DNA of 64,000 bases from an uncultured Nitrososphaerales archaeon (lineage in GTDB: Archaea > Thermoproteota > Nitrososphaeria > Nitrososphaerales > Nitrososphaeraceae), in assembly GCA_963709405.1 (NCBI GenBank), contig CAVPXM010000061.1, positions 1-64,000 on the forward strand. Direction: 5' to 3'. The number at the start of each line of letters is the position of its first letter. Positions within the stretch are counted from its first letter, which is position 1. A model generated the notes under the pieces. The model was not told the DNA's origin. It did no database searches and saw only the letters and a program-made list of their open reading frames with translations. Below, one piece after another: positions 1 to 11,689 of the stretch. The position numbers and the translations under genes are program-made.

Positions 1-5
1 GGATA

Positions 6-329
6 ATGTTCTTTATCGATGGTGGGTACATCAGAGAGGAACTCAAGCGATTGTTTTTCAATGACGATTTAAATTTTCTCGCTTTTATACAACTCATAAA
101 AGAGGAGTTAACTGACAATTTCTTTCTCGAAGTAATCCGGACTTATTATTATGACGGAAATCCGGATAAAGATGATCCCTTTTACAATCAAAAGAAGTTA
201 TACCCTCAAAATGTTCAGGGTATTATAGTTCCAAATTCAGGACACTGGATTGCAGAAGAGCTGCCAGTTTTTCTAGTAAAGTTACTCAATAATTTCTTTA
301 GTGGTAATTCTACTAAAACTAGTAAATGA
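6..329 (+). pseudogene. Chimeric ORF: NYN (LabA/DUF88) nuclease N-terminus fused to an alpha/beta-hydrolase C-terminal tail
   Basis: FIDGGY...RTYYYDG is NYN-like. QNVQGIIVPNSGHWIAEE...LNNFF matches the end of the hydrolase at 52258..52806. Confidence 0.7.
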
Positions 330-499
330 GGAATTCACATAATTCTGCAATATAAACATGTGAAGAGATACATACATATGAACGAGATAACACTCGCGAG
401 TTTGGTTTACAGCAACGATCAATGCTCCCATTGAAAAGATCGATCTGAAGCGTGAACTCACTTGTGTGGATGAATGTCGGAATAGGCGCTTGTACTTTT

Positions 500-1310
500 T
501 CACCATGCTCGCGCATAATGTGTAAAAACTCCATCGATAACGGTGGTGCACCTGTATGACGCGTGGGCTACGACAGCAGAAAATACCTCCGGATGTGCAG
601 TTACATACTCTCGAACGCTCATACTTGGTTTTCCGGTTAACTTCACGTCCGACGTCAACCGATCGTAGCGATTTTCCGCGATGAGCGTAGTTATAGTGGA
701 AACGTGGTGAAAAACGTACTGAGGTAAATTGAGTGGCAATAATTCTTCCTTCAGCCAGCCACTTGTCGTATGGTGTGTCCACATATTTCACTGGGCGATT
801 TCGTACGATCGCGTATTCTTTTGCGATCTCATTCATGTCTTCTGATCGAGGACCAGTCAGTTCATAGACCTTCCCTAGGTGACCGGTGGGATCTTCCAAA
901 ATTGTGGAAACGACTCTTGCCACATCGCTAGCGGAAATTGGTGAAGTTCGCGCCGAGCCAAATGGCAATCTAATTGTCCCATCTTTGGCGATTGATGAGG
1001 CCAGACAGGCTAGAGAAGAAAGGTTCCAGGAAGAGCGTCGACCTCACATGTGCTACAGGCACTCCAGACCAGTTAAGGACTTGCTCGCCGAGCCAATGTT
1101 GTTGCTGCCTGAGCTGACCCGGTCATTTCAGTTAGACTTCATCTGCGAAACTGTCATTTGCGAGATGTTCACGAGAATCTCGAAGTCGGGGATTTCTTTT
1201 GCTGCGGCTCCTCAATCGCCGTCACTTGAAGATATGGTGACGAGATACTCATGCCAAAATACATCCGCTTGCAACCGCGCAATGCTCTTACTACGTCAGC
1301 ACCATTTGTG
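500..1310 (-). pseudogene. NmrA-like NAD(P)H-binding protein, frameshifted, bacterial-like GC
   Basis: Pieces in different frames: VNISQMTVSQM, HWLGEQVLNWSGVPVAHVRSTLFLE, SPISASDVARVV...YELTGP. Confidence 0.75.
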
Positions 1311-1405
1311 AGGTGGCGGGGATTTATTAATCCCAAATTGGGTCTAGTAGAAGGAATTCATTAATTCCCTCCTGAATCCTGAAGCCTCATTTTAATACTA
1401 TATTA

Positions 1406-2400
1406 TGCTTTGTTGCGCGATTCATTATGTTGTAAGTGATATTTATTTGACCACTCTGCATTTCACTACCCAATAATAATTATTCTGGCATGATTGACTG
1501 GCCTTCGTATAATCATTCATTAGTAAGACGTGGCCAAGTACTCTTAGATTTTGATGTACTTGATCGATGGGATCATGAATTATCTCAAATGAATCTTGGT
1601 AAGGTTGGTGAACCTTACGACTATCCAGATTCCTTTATTAGGATCCTAGGTTACATGAGACTTTTTCATCTCCCATATAGACAGACAGAGGGCGTAGTTA
1701 TAGCACATGCAAGTACAAAGGTTCCAGGTATACCACATTATCGTACTATTAGTAGACGCATAAACAGGCTAGGAATCAAAATCAATGAAAAATTAGGAAA
1801 TGATATTGTCATTGCTATAGACAGTACCGGTATTAAAGTGATTAATCGAGGTGAATGAATGCGGCATAAATGGCATGTTAGGAAAGGATATCTAAAGATA
1901 CATGTAGCAGTTGACATCAAGAAGAAAAGAATCCTGTCTTTGGAGGTAACTAGTGAAGAGGTACATGATGGTAGGATGCTACGGAGCTGGTGGACAATGC
2001 TTCTGAGAATAATCATGTGAAGGGCATGTTAGCAGATGGTATGTACGACAGCAATAACAATTTTAGATACCTGTCAAAGAACCATATTAAACCAGGTATA
2101 AAGACAAGAAGTAATTCCAAGGTAAGGTCAACTAACTGTCATGCTAGGAATATGTCTGTAGTAAAACAACAAGCAAATCTCAAAAGATGGAAGCGTAGCG
2201 TGGACTATGGACACAGGTGGATGGCAGAAACAGCATTCTCTTCAATTAAAAGAATGTTTGGTGAACATGTAACAGGCTGAAAATTTCCTAATATGGTAAA
2301 GGAAATCTTCCTAAAGGCAACTCTGTATAACATGTTCAATCGAATGACCTAACTAACGGCTTGCATAACCTAAAATCCTAATGAATCATGCAACAGAGCA
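1406..2400 (+). mobile_element. IS5-family insertion sequence (IS903-like transposase), inactivated
   Basis: 22-bp TIRs TGCTTTGTTGCGCGATTCATTA / TGCTCTGTTGCATGATTCATTA. 8-bp TSD CTATATTA at 1398-1405 and 2401-2408. Confidence 0.92.
1490..2352 (+). pseudogene. IS5-family DDE transposase with internal stops and a frameshift
   Basis: DWPSYNHSLVRRG, IAIDSTG, ADGMYD and RWMAETAFS motifs. Premature TGA at 1856 and 2278. Confidence 0.9.
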
Positions 2401-2530
2401 CTATATTACATCAAAAATGGAAGGCGCCATAATAGGAGCGGTCTAGCACAAAAGTTTCTCTGTAAGAATTGCAAGTATCGATTCGTATCCAACATAGGAT
2501 TTGAACATTCACAGAAAATCCCAAGGTAAT
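2401..2530 (+). pseudogene. Zinc-ribbon N-terminus of an IS1/IS6-type transposase, remnant interrupted by the IS5 element
   Basis: IKNGRRHNRSGLAQKFLCKNCKYRFVSNIGFE. Confidence 0.55.
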
Positions 2531-2700
2531 GAGCTTCCATAGATCTCTAAGGGAGTTTCGTTACTAAAAATCGAGCATCATTTCAAACAATTCTACAACA
2601 GGATTTCAATCTAAGAATACAGTCAAAATAGGCAGCATTAATGAATCATAACTGCTAATTACGCAAGAGATCTATTGTATCTAAATTTTCAATAAGTGAG

Positions 2701-2866
2701 TCAGTAGCGACTAGTGCATCTTCTGTTACGTACCACATGGATGGCCACAAGCTCAGCGTTTAATCCTTTTGTTATCAATAATGCTAATCTGCTGCCTTTC
2801 ATTGCTGATTCGGAATCGTCTATGGGAACCAGTATTTTCGAAATTCTTGCAGTTATTGAAGACAAG
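2701..2866 (-). pseudogene. Universal stress protein (UspA) N-terminal fragment
   Basis: ISKILVPIDDSESAMKG...AELVAIHVV followed by a premature stop. Confidence 0.7.
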
Positions 2867-3345
2867 TTTGTCTACTATGTATAAGGTAACGATGTATTAA
2901 AATTTGTCTAAAGTAAATGACTGAAATGAGTGGTTTACAGACAATAGATACTAGATCAATAGTAACTACCTAAGCATAACAAATTAAGAATAAGTAGAGA
3001 CCCGATCTGGAGATCGCACCCAAACTAATATAGGGAGCGAAATTTAATGAAAAAGAATTTTGATATTTTTGTCATGTCCAACATTGATTATAGAGTTTGA
3101 CGTTCAAAAGGAGATATGCAATCACGGTACAGCAGAATCTATCTCAATTTATCACGATCCTTCTGTGATAATATAGGTCCAATTGGATTCGATGTGGGGC
3201 GATTGGTTTAGACTTGACTGTGAATTAGACTACAATAATAATTTTGTTGTATATGCTATATTTACTTTGGCGACTTTTTACCTGGACTCACATCTTCTAT
3301 AAATATTACTGTGATAATAACAGACTTTGTAATGGTGCATTGCAT

Positions 3346-3825
3346 ATGACTAACAAGAAAATACTAGTTATTGGTGGTGTTGCTGCAGATTTCCCTAATG
3401 GGCGTTCAAAAGCTAAAAGAATAGATCCTGATGCTGATGTAAAGATAATTCAGGATGAAAAAGTGGTCTCTTATGGTGCATGTGGAATGCCATATGTCAT
3501 TGAAGGTATAGTAAAGGAGTTTCAAGAACTAATAGAAAGACCAGCAGATGTATTCAAAAAAAAATACCAGATAGATGTTATTACTAATACCTGTGCACAG
3601 AAAATAGACCGAGTAAAAAAGGAAGTATATGCAATAGATCTGCAAAGTGGAGTAGAAACAATTTATGAATATGATTCTTTAGTGGTAGCTACTGATGCAA
3701 GAGCGATACTTCCTAACATCAAAGGTATCAACCAGAAAGATGGTGGTGATGATGGTGTATTTCTAATACGAAATTATGAAGATGGGCTAAAAATACATGA
3801 GTCTACAATAACAAAAAAAGCTTCT
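3346..3825 (+). pseudogene. CoA-disulfide reductase/NADH oxidase family flavoprotein, N-terminal fragment
   Basis: KILVIGGVAA, SYGACGMPY, YDSLVVAT. Homology ends near 3825. Confidence 0.8.
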
Positions 3826-4271
3826 ACACGTACGCATCTGTCAACGGTACCACTCCCATTCACGCAACCTTGTCTAATCAAACAGAAGAAAGAAGAAAGG
3901 AGATACTGGGGACCAGTTACTGAAGCGGCAGAAGGAAATACGCAGACGAAGGACTCGGGTGCTGTGAGACTCAGTAATGAAGCTATATGCATCGTTGGTA
4001 AGAAATGATTGCATTATTCCTTCAACAATATACCAACAAAAAGAGTTTCTGTAGTTAATATTTACGTTAGCATGCGTCAACTATCTCGAGAAATCAGGGA
4101 TAATCAGACAATTAGAATGAAATTCATACTCATATCATACTAGAATGTATTAATGGACTAAAACATCATAAAAGCCCTATACAATACAATGAATATTGAA
4201 TAGTTGCTTTTATGGGATAAGAAATAAAACAAGGACAACCAATCAGAGAGCAATAGAGTGACATAAGTCAA

Positions 4272-5853
4272 ATGAGATTTGAAAATGAACATACTCTCAA
4301 AAAACACTTGAAATCACACGAAGAGAAGGCATTTCATGAAAGCTATGTGAGTGCAATAAAGAATGTCAAGTCGCAATTCAGGTAAAAAATATTCCATGAT
4401 GATTAACGGTGAAACTGTTATACCTCAGAGACTTTTGTCGATATTCGCCGATAGATAAAAGAATAAAATTAGGTTACTTCTCAATCGCAACAATAAAACA
4501 TGTGCAAATGGCTATTAAGAGACGACCAAGACTGCGTTTGAGAGATGGAGGAAGATTGGTTATAAGTCTCCTATTCATATCTGCAACGCTGTTGCCAAAT
4601 CTGATATCCAAGCGTAAATTTGAATCCGCAGCTTGGATTTCTTATGAAAACGGTAAGAATAGGTACGAGGCCATTGCTGACGTAGACGAAGCGATTGATT
4701 TCATAAGATACTATTCAGAAGAGATGGATAGAAATAGCGGTTTCATAATTCGAACTAAGGATGCAGATACAAATGAAAGAAGCAAAAGTCTGATGAAACC
4801 TTACGGCGTGTCGGCTGTGATCGCTCCGTTCAATTTTCCTTTTGCAATCCTGGTAGGTATGAGTATCGCAGCACTAATCACTGGTAATACAGTAATTTTA
4901 AAACCTGCAAGCGATACTCCTATCATCGGAACTCTATTTGTAGAAATTATGAAAGAAGCCAGGACTACCTGACGGAGTGCTAAACCTTGTGACAGGCTCT
5001 GGAAGGAAAATTGGAAAAGCAATTATAGCAAGTCATGATGTTGCTGGTATTGTTTTTACTGGTTCTAAAATGGCAGGGTACAAAATAATGGAACAATCTA
5101 GTGTACTATTAGACCACGGCCTATAATCGCAGAACTTGGAGGTAAGAATCCAGTAGTAGTTACCGAAAATGCAGACATTGATAAAGTCGCAGAAGGGATC
5201 GTAAAGGCACTTGGTTATTCTGGCCAGAAATGCGACCACGTGATCAAGGGTATACGTCCAGAAAAACGTGAAAGAACTATTAATAAAAAGATTAGTGGAG
5301 AAAACAAGAAATTTATCTATCGGGAATCCACTTGTCCCGAACGCGTTTATGGGCCCGTTAATTAACTCCAATGCTTACAAGAATTATCAGAAATTCGCAA
5401 AAATAGCATCCAGAGATGGTAGGATAATAATAGGCGGACTGTGAAACGAAGACGGCGACTTTAAGTATGGGTATTATGTAGAGCCTACAATTGTTGATGA
5501 TTTACCCAAAGGGCATATGTTATTTAAAGAGGAACTGTTTGTCCCGATCCTATGTGTAGCAAAATATAAGCACTTTGACGAAGCGTTACAGAGCTTGTAA
5601 TGAGTCTGAATACGGATTGACCTCAGGTATTTACAGTACAAAGAAAGAAGAGATTCATAGTTTTCTTGAGAATGCGAAAGCTGGAGTTATATATAACGTT
5701 AAATGAGAGCGTCCAGTGCCACAACAGGAGCAATGGTGGGTTCTCAGCCGTTTGGTGGTTGGAAAGATTCTGGCACGACGGGCAAAGGAACAGGAGGGCC
5801 TTATTACTTTGCCTCAATTTCTCAGAGAGCAGAGCCAGACTGTTGTTACCTGA
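4272..5853 (+). pseudogene. 1-pyrroline-5-carboxylate dehydrogenase (ALDH family), multiple frameshifts
   Basis: VIAPFNFP, KPASDTP, AELGGKNP, YSGQKC and DSGTTGKGTGGPYY spread over several frames. Adjacent to proline dehydrogenase. Confidence 0.85.
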
Positions 5854-6063
5854 CTGATACCATCTGGAAATAAATAGCTACACAAATGTGTTCACTTATT
5901 CATTTGTTACACAACACTACAATGAAACTGTGAGAATTTTAGTCTTTAAATCTAAATTCAACAAGTAATGACTAGATAGCAAACAGATGTTTCCACCTAC
6001 GGCTCTACGATGAACCAGTGATAAAAAGCATATGTAACAGTACTTATCATTTAGTAACTGCAT

Positions 6064-6926
6064 TTAGTCAATCACGGCTGGAGAATAGAATCTTGCTAAC
6101 AGTAGGATGTTTCTCTTTCTCTCGCGAATTCTGCGCATAGAGTAGGGAAGCCACTGATTGCCGTATGGGATATATTCAGACGTCTTAAATCCCCTTTCTA
6201 CAAGATTTTCCTTCAACTCGTTGTGAATACCCATAAGTAGTTGAAATTCAAATTTCTTTTTATCGATGCCAAATTTTTCTGATAACTCGATTGCATTGTT
6301 TATGAGTCTAGAATCATGTGTCGCAATGGCAAAGAGATTATTTTTGTTTTCGTCCTCAAATAGCATTTTTATCAATTTGGAGAAGTTTGAATTGATTTCA
6401 CTCATTGATTGAAAGGCGTTTTCTTCATTTTGTCTATAAGCACCTTTAACTATTCTAACATTTGCTCCTTCTTCCAATATATGCAACAAGTCACTTGCAC
6501 TTCTTCTAAGGTAGGATTGTAAGGCTATTCCTACTGATGAGTACTCCTTCAAAAGATCAAGGTAAATCGAAATTGTACATTTCTACGTCCTCAAACGATT
6601 CGATATCTGTCCACATAAATTTCCCTAAGACTTCCTGCTTTTTTAGAGATCCTCCTAAGATTATGTAAACACTCCTCATTACTAATCTTTAAACCAACTT
6701 GAGTTGGTTTTACCGATATACATCCATCAATTTCATTAGTATTGATGAGATCTAGTAACAGACAATATTCTTTTACTGTTTGTTCAACACTATTACTATC
6801 AGTATTATCTTCACCGAGGAAATTCAAAATGGCCGAGATTCCTCTTTTGTTAGAATTTTTAGCAGCTGTTAATGCATCTTTATACGTTGTACCTGAGACC
6901 CACTTTCTGGCTACCCGAAACAACAA
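6064..6926 (-). pseudogene. Monofunctional proline dehydrogenase, frameshifted
   Basis: LNFLGE, ISVKPTQVG, LQSYLRRS, VRIVKGAY, AIATHD, EFQLLMGI, YIPYG...YSMRR. Confidence 0.88.
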
Positions 6927-7745
6927 CCTTTCGATTAACGTGCTAGTATATAGGGGCGGAGATGATGAGGCAGAGTATTGTGACTCTGATATTTCAGAAT
7001 ACCAGTTTTTGGCTACAATGATATATTATACATTAATTCGTCTATTAAACATTCATCATGGAAAAAGAGCATTTTCAACTCACGATACCTGTATAATCTT
7101 TATATTGAGTTAGTTTCACATCGAAAACGCGATAATGGCCTCTTTGATTGGAGTAAGCATTGCTTATTGCACGCATAGAGTGCTTAACTTTTTTACAAGT
7201 AATGACTTATACCGATCCTTTGGTGATATGTCCTCATAGTCTATTGAATCCTCGGTTCAAATCCCAAAAATAAGAAATAAGAAAGAAATCAGTTGTGAAC
7301 AAGCATCGTCCAGCAATTTAACTGAAAATGACATAGGTAAGTGGAACATATCTAATAACAACAAGATAATGTACAAAATGAGAGACTTTATATTCTAGAC
7401 AAAAACTGGCATACTGGACTAAGAGGTTATATACTGACCTTCAAGAACCAGACAGGACTGATGTGTTAATAATTGTACAGCATATACAAGGCAATGACAG
7501 GAGCATATTGTGGATCGTTCGATGTATAACATCTCTTATTAAAATGCGAAGACATCTAGAAAAAAAACTTTAATTACTGTGGTCAACCAACAGAGAAATA
7601 TTGTATAGTATGTCTCAAGTATGGATGTGCAGAACCTCTAAGAGCACATTATACCGGTCAAAATCATCATGTAGACCTGGCAAATAAGAACGTACAATTA
7701 GATGTAGATACAGGGGAACAGATAGTTGAAGAAGACCAGGAGTAG

Positions 7746-8006
7746 ATGAAGATGGATAAGATTGAGATAGAATCAAACTATAAGCCAGAACCAGTAACAT
7801 TCACTCTTGATGAATCATTAGCGGTATTAATGGGTCTAGGCACTGCAATAAAGAGTATTGCTGATGCTAATCCAAGTGGAAACATAGATTCAGATGGTCT
7901 GAAATACATCCAAGACATGAAGACGGCATCCGATAAGGTTGTTGCAAGTATCGATAAAGAAGTATTAGAGTCAGTGTTAAAGAAGAGGTTGACATCTGAT
8001 GACTGA
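7746..8006 (+). CDS. Hypothetical protein
   Basis: 86-aa ORF with protein-like composition and no recognised motif. Confidence 0.5.
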   Translation: MKMDKIEIESNYKPEPVTFTLDESLAVLMGLGTAIKSIADANPSGNIDSDGLKYIQDMKTASDKVVASIDKEVLESVLKKRLTSDD

Positions 8007-8419
8007 CTGTAATTGGCCTAAATGCAAGAACAAAACTATACATGGAGATAGAATCAGCCTCCTTTTTTGTTGACATGATAATTTTCTTGCAGCATGTGAA
8101 TTTTAATAGTATAAAGGTGTATGAATGCAATCAAATTGATAATCTCATCGACCTTGTTTGCAAACAAAGAAACTTAAGATTTCTTATTATTTATCAAAAC
8201 AGTAGTCATAATAGTATCATGAACATTCACTGCTATTGGCACATCTGCAAAACTAATATCTATTGCCCTTCTAACATAAGATTCTAAGATCTTGTTTTAT
8301 CATTTCCTAGAAAAAATTGCGATTCATTTGCGATTCTCGTCTTCCAATTCTATAGTGCCGCTGAATACACTTATTTCCCGCCAAGGAATATATTTGTCTA
8401 GTCATTATTATCTGCTTTT

Positions 8420-8509
8420 CTACCACGTATGCCATATCCAGACGAGCAATCCTGCTAATATTGTTCCTCCTAATATTCTAATCATGATGTCTGCAATAAT
8501 TCTAGTCAT
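8420..8509 (-). CDS. Putative 29-aa single-pass membrane peptide
   Basis: MTRIIADIMIRILGGTILAGLLVWIWHTW*. AGGAGG lies 7 nt upstream of the ATG. Confidence 0.4.
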   Translation of the reverse strand: MTRIIADIMIRILGGTILAGLLVWIWHTW

Positions 8510-9671
8510 TTTGTTTCCTCCTATAATTGCATTTCTATCTTATTACTTAATGCTAAAAATTCAGGCACGGCTGACTATTGTCATATATTTTGTATCTCCC
8601 AAATTTTGATTTAGATGGCAGCATGCCCATGTTATAGCTATTTCCGAAATTATAGATATAGCAATGGATTATCTTCCAATTCATCAACCTACTAGCATGA
8701 TACTAATCAATCTGAAGACAGATAGAATCATAGGATATTGCCATAGAGTTCAATGTATAATTACATTTTTAATTTATCAGATCAGTATATCGTATCCTTG
8801 TCAAATGGCAAACAGATTTGAATCCCCTTATGATTACGAGAAAGGAAAAAGTATCAGATAAAAAAAATTTGATGTTAATGAGCTGTTTGAATTGGCTAAC
8901 TTTGCTCTTGCAGTGGAAATAGTGTTAGTCATAGCTAGAAAAGACATTCTGCTGTTCAAATGTAAAACAAACAAGACTTATGTCGAGTGTTAACAAATAG
9001 AGAAACGCCTCGCAGTATGCTTGAACATGTACTTGATTATATTATCTGATAACGATATGTTCCAGGACACATCCAGAGTTCGAGACTTATGCTTAACCAA
9101 CTGATTAAGGATTATACATTTTTTAACTTTGTCACTTGTACAGAATGGATCAGGATCAGGTTAGGTCTAGTCTTTCCTTCAAAATCGTCACGATTAATTA
9201 TTATATCAAAACTGTGGCTGCCAAAGTAAGTATTAATAATTAAATCTAATTCTTGTTTTGAAGAGCCACTTACACTTCCCATGGTAAATACAGAAAAGAG
9301 ATGAAAATCGATATCTATCTTTGTAACCACTAGCTAGAATATGCACCAAACATGCATATTCTACGTTGCAAATGCGTGTTTACATTTGGTTATATTACTA
9401 ATTAGGGTTCTAATGACGGAACTAATCGGGCTTTGCAAATAAGATATTTAGAAAAGCTAATAAAAATGAGATATCAAAAAGTGCACAGGACAACGCAGTC
9501 CACTTAGATTGATTTTGAAGAGTACAACACATTTATCTTTTTTGTCTATCATTTTATATTTTCTAAGCTTGCAATAGTCTTTCTTGATCACTTTGCCGTC
9601 CAGATCAAGGAATCTGGTCTTTGATAATCTATCGTTCGAATTTTCTTTAGAGATTTATGGGCATTTTAGGT

Positions 9672-10429
9672 CTATCTGATCCTTACCTCTTCTTCTTTGA
9701 TTGTACGTTTTCCTCCATTGGATACTGGGGATTGAATCGCTAGATCTCTTAATTCTCGTAAATATGTGGCATATCTCATATTAAATCCATTATTATCACC
9801 ATCAAAATAGATGTCAATATTGTCTGGTTCTGATAATCGTGCAAGTAATGTAATAAGTTGTCTTACATCCTTATCTTTATGCAGTAGGGGCTCATTTGCA
9901 ATTACAGCCAATAGAATTGTCAGTCTCTTGTGCAAACCAAGTAAATAAGAACAATGCGTAAGATAGAGCTTTGTATCTATTCTCGCATCATTGTAAAATT
10001 CCTTTCTATCTGCAGTAAGGTCACTTCCTTCTGTTGATTCCAATACTGCAAGACAGAAATCAAATAATAGATTCTTTAATGGTAAGCCTGAAGAAGATGT
10101 AGAATAGTAGATGTCGAAGAATATTTAAAGTAACTATTACTACGCATAGTATCTTGTAAGAGATTATATCGCTTTTTACTCACTATCTCTTCTATTTTAG
10201 CATCCTTTAAGAACTTGTTTAGTAGTTTGACTATATCTCGAAGACTAACAAGTGTGTTGATATCTGATTCTATTATCCCAAGCCTAGTTGCTACACCATC
10301 AATATCATGAAAATGAAACTGGGAATCCATTGTTACCCAGTACTCCAACTTACTGTTTGTTGAGATGTCACTTCGAATAGGTATGTATTCAATCAATCTT
10401 AGTATTTCTTCAAAAATTCCAAAACTCAA
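9672..10429 (-). pseudogene. Hypothetical helical protein, probably one gene split into two ORFs
   Basis: Consecutive ORFs 10076..10429 and 9672..10043 on the same strand with similar composition. Confidence 0.4.
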
Positions 10430-10781
10430 AAATCTAGATTCAACTCCTCTTATACATATCCATGAAAGATAGTCATATTTCGTTTCTGTATCCTAAGTGA
10501 ATATATTCTAAATCTCTTAACATGATATGGGTCTGTAACTGAGAATATCATTTCTTATAAAATATAGAATAGATAGATGAATATATTATCTGTTTTTAAA
10601 TATGCAAAATAATGATGATAGGTGTAAAATTTACCATAAAACCCACTGATTCTATTCTAATGTCATTTATCCAATCTTGTGCTAAAATAGGTAAACAGAA
10701 GTATGTAAAATTCGTGAATTACTAAAATAATAACATTATAAAGTTTGAGAGAGATAGAATCTGTGACTATAACAACAAATC

Positions 10782-11009
10782 CTAACACTTATGCAATTGG
10801 TGAGTATGATCACAGTCATACATCGCAAGGCAGCATACGCACACCCAATTAAAAGGCTCATCGCAAAAACGACACTTTCTGACAACCATCAATTTATCTC
10901 CACATACCCTACAACTAATTTTGTTATAGTATGTACTCTCTTGGGTATCAATTATAGTATTTTCATTGTTATCTATTGTACCCCGTGGAATATCATCAAT
11001 GACAGCCAT
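10782..11009 (-). CDS. Small Cys-rich zinc-finger protein
   Basis: CRVC...CRFC...CVCC...HTH. Confidence 0.6.
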   Translation of the reverse strand: MAVIDDIPRGTIDNNENTIIDTQESTYYNKISCRVCGDKLMVVRKCRFCDEPFNWVCVCCLAMYDCDHTHQLHKC

Positions 11010-11323
11010 CTTGATATTTAGTTAATATTTCAAATATATTTGAGACTAAACATGCAATCTGAACCATAGCATGTGTTTTTAGCGTGATAGTACACAGGTA
11101 TGGAGATTATAGGAAATAGAAGTAAATTATACATCCCATCGTTGAGTATTAAAAATAATATGGTAGACGAACACCTTCAAAGAAATTGGAATACGTATTG
11201 CCTCAATATCGCATACTATACTCTTAACATATATTCGTCAAATCAATCAACCCATCTACTATCTGTTTAAACGCTTGTTGTAGTTACACGAAATTATGTT
11301 AGGCAGTATAATTTAACATTTTG

Positions 11324-11608
11324 CTAATTATCAAGAAAGCATATTCTGATCGTTTTGTCAATATTCCTAAATTGATAATATAATTCAAATGCCTCAGTTT
11401 TGGTTAGATTCATCATGACAATTATCATGGAATACATATTGTCGTTGAATGTTTGCAATGCCAAAAATGTATCAGTAAAGAGATCAACAGCGAAGCCATT
11501 ATTTTCTAATGATAGTTTTAAAGACGAATTCCCATCATTTTTACTACTTTCAATATCAAAAGATCTGTCCCTCAGGATTAGAATTCTTTTATTTAACTCT
11601 TGATACAA
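11324..11608 (-). CDS. Degenerate response-regulator receiver domain
   Basis: KRILIL, LENNGFAVDLFTD, FELYYQFRNIDKTIRICFL. Phospho-acceptor Asp absent. Confidence 0.55.
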   Translation of the reverse strand: MYQELNKRILILRDRSFDIESSKNDGNSSLKLSLENNGFAVDLFTDTFLALQTFNDNMYSMIIVMMNLTKTEAFELYYQFRNIDKTIRICFLDN

Positions 11609-11689
11609 TACTAATTTGGAATTATGTAAAACACTTATTACTGCTTTTGTATACGCAAAATAGAAAGATATAGGAAAATATTACGATTA

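Noticed and set aside
886-1311. 141-aa plus-strand ORF
   Set aside because: Antisense shadow of the NmrA pseudogene.
2996-3021. GACCCGATCTGGAGATCGCACCC resembling a reverse tRNA 3' end
   Set aside because: Too many mismatches and no surrounding structure.
7248-7265. tRNA gene at GGTTCAAATCC
   Set aside because: T-stem pairs for only 2 bp, with no acceptor or anticodon arm.
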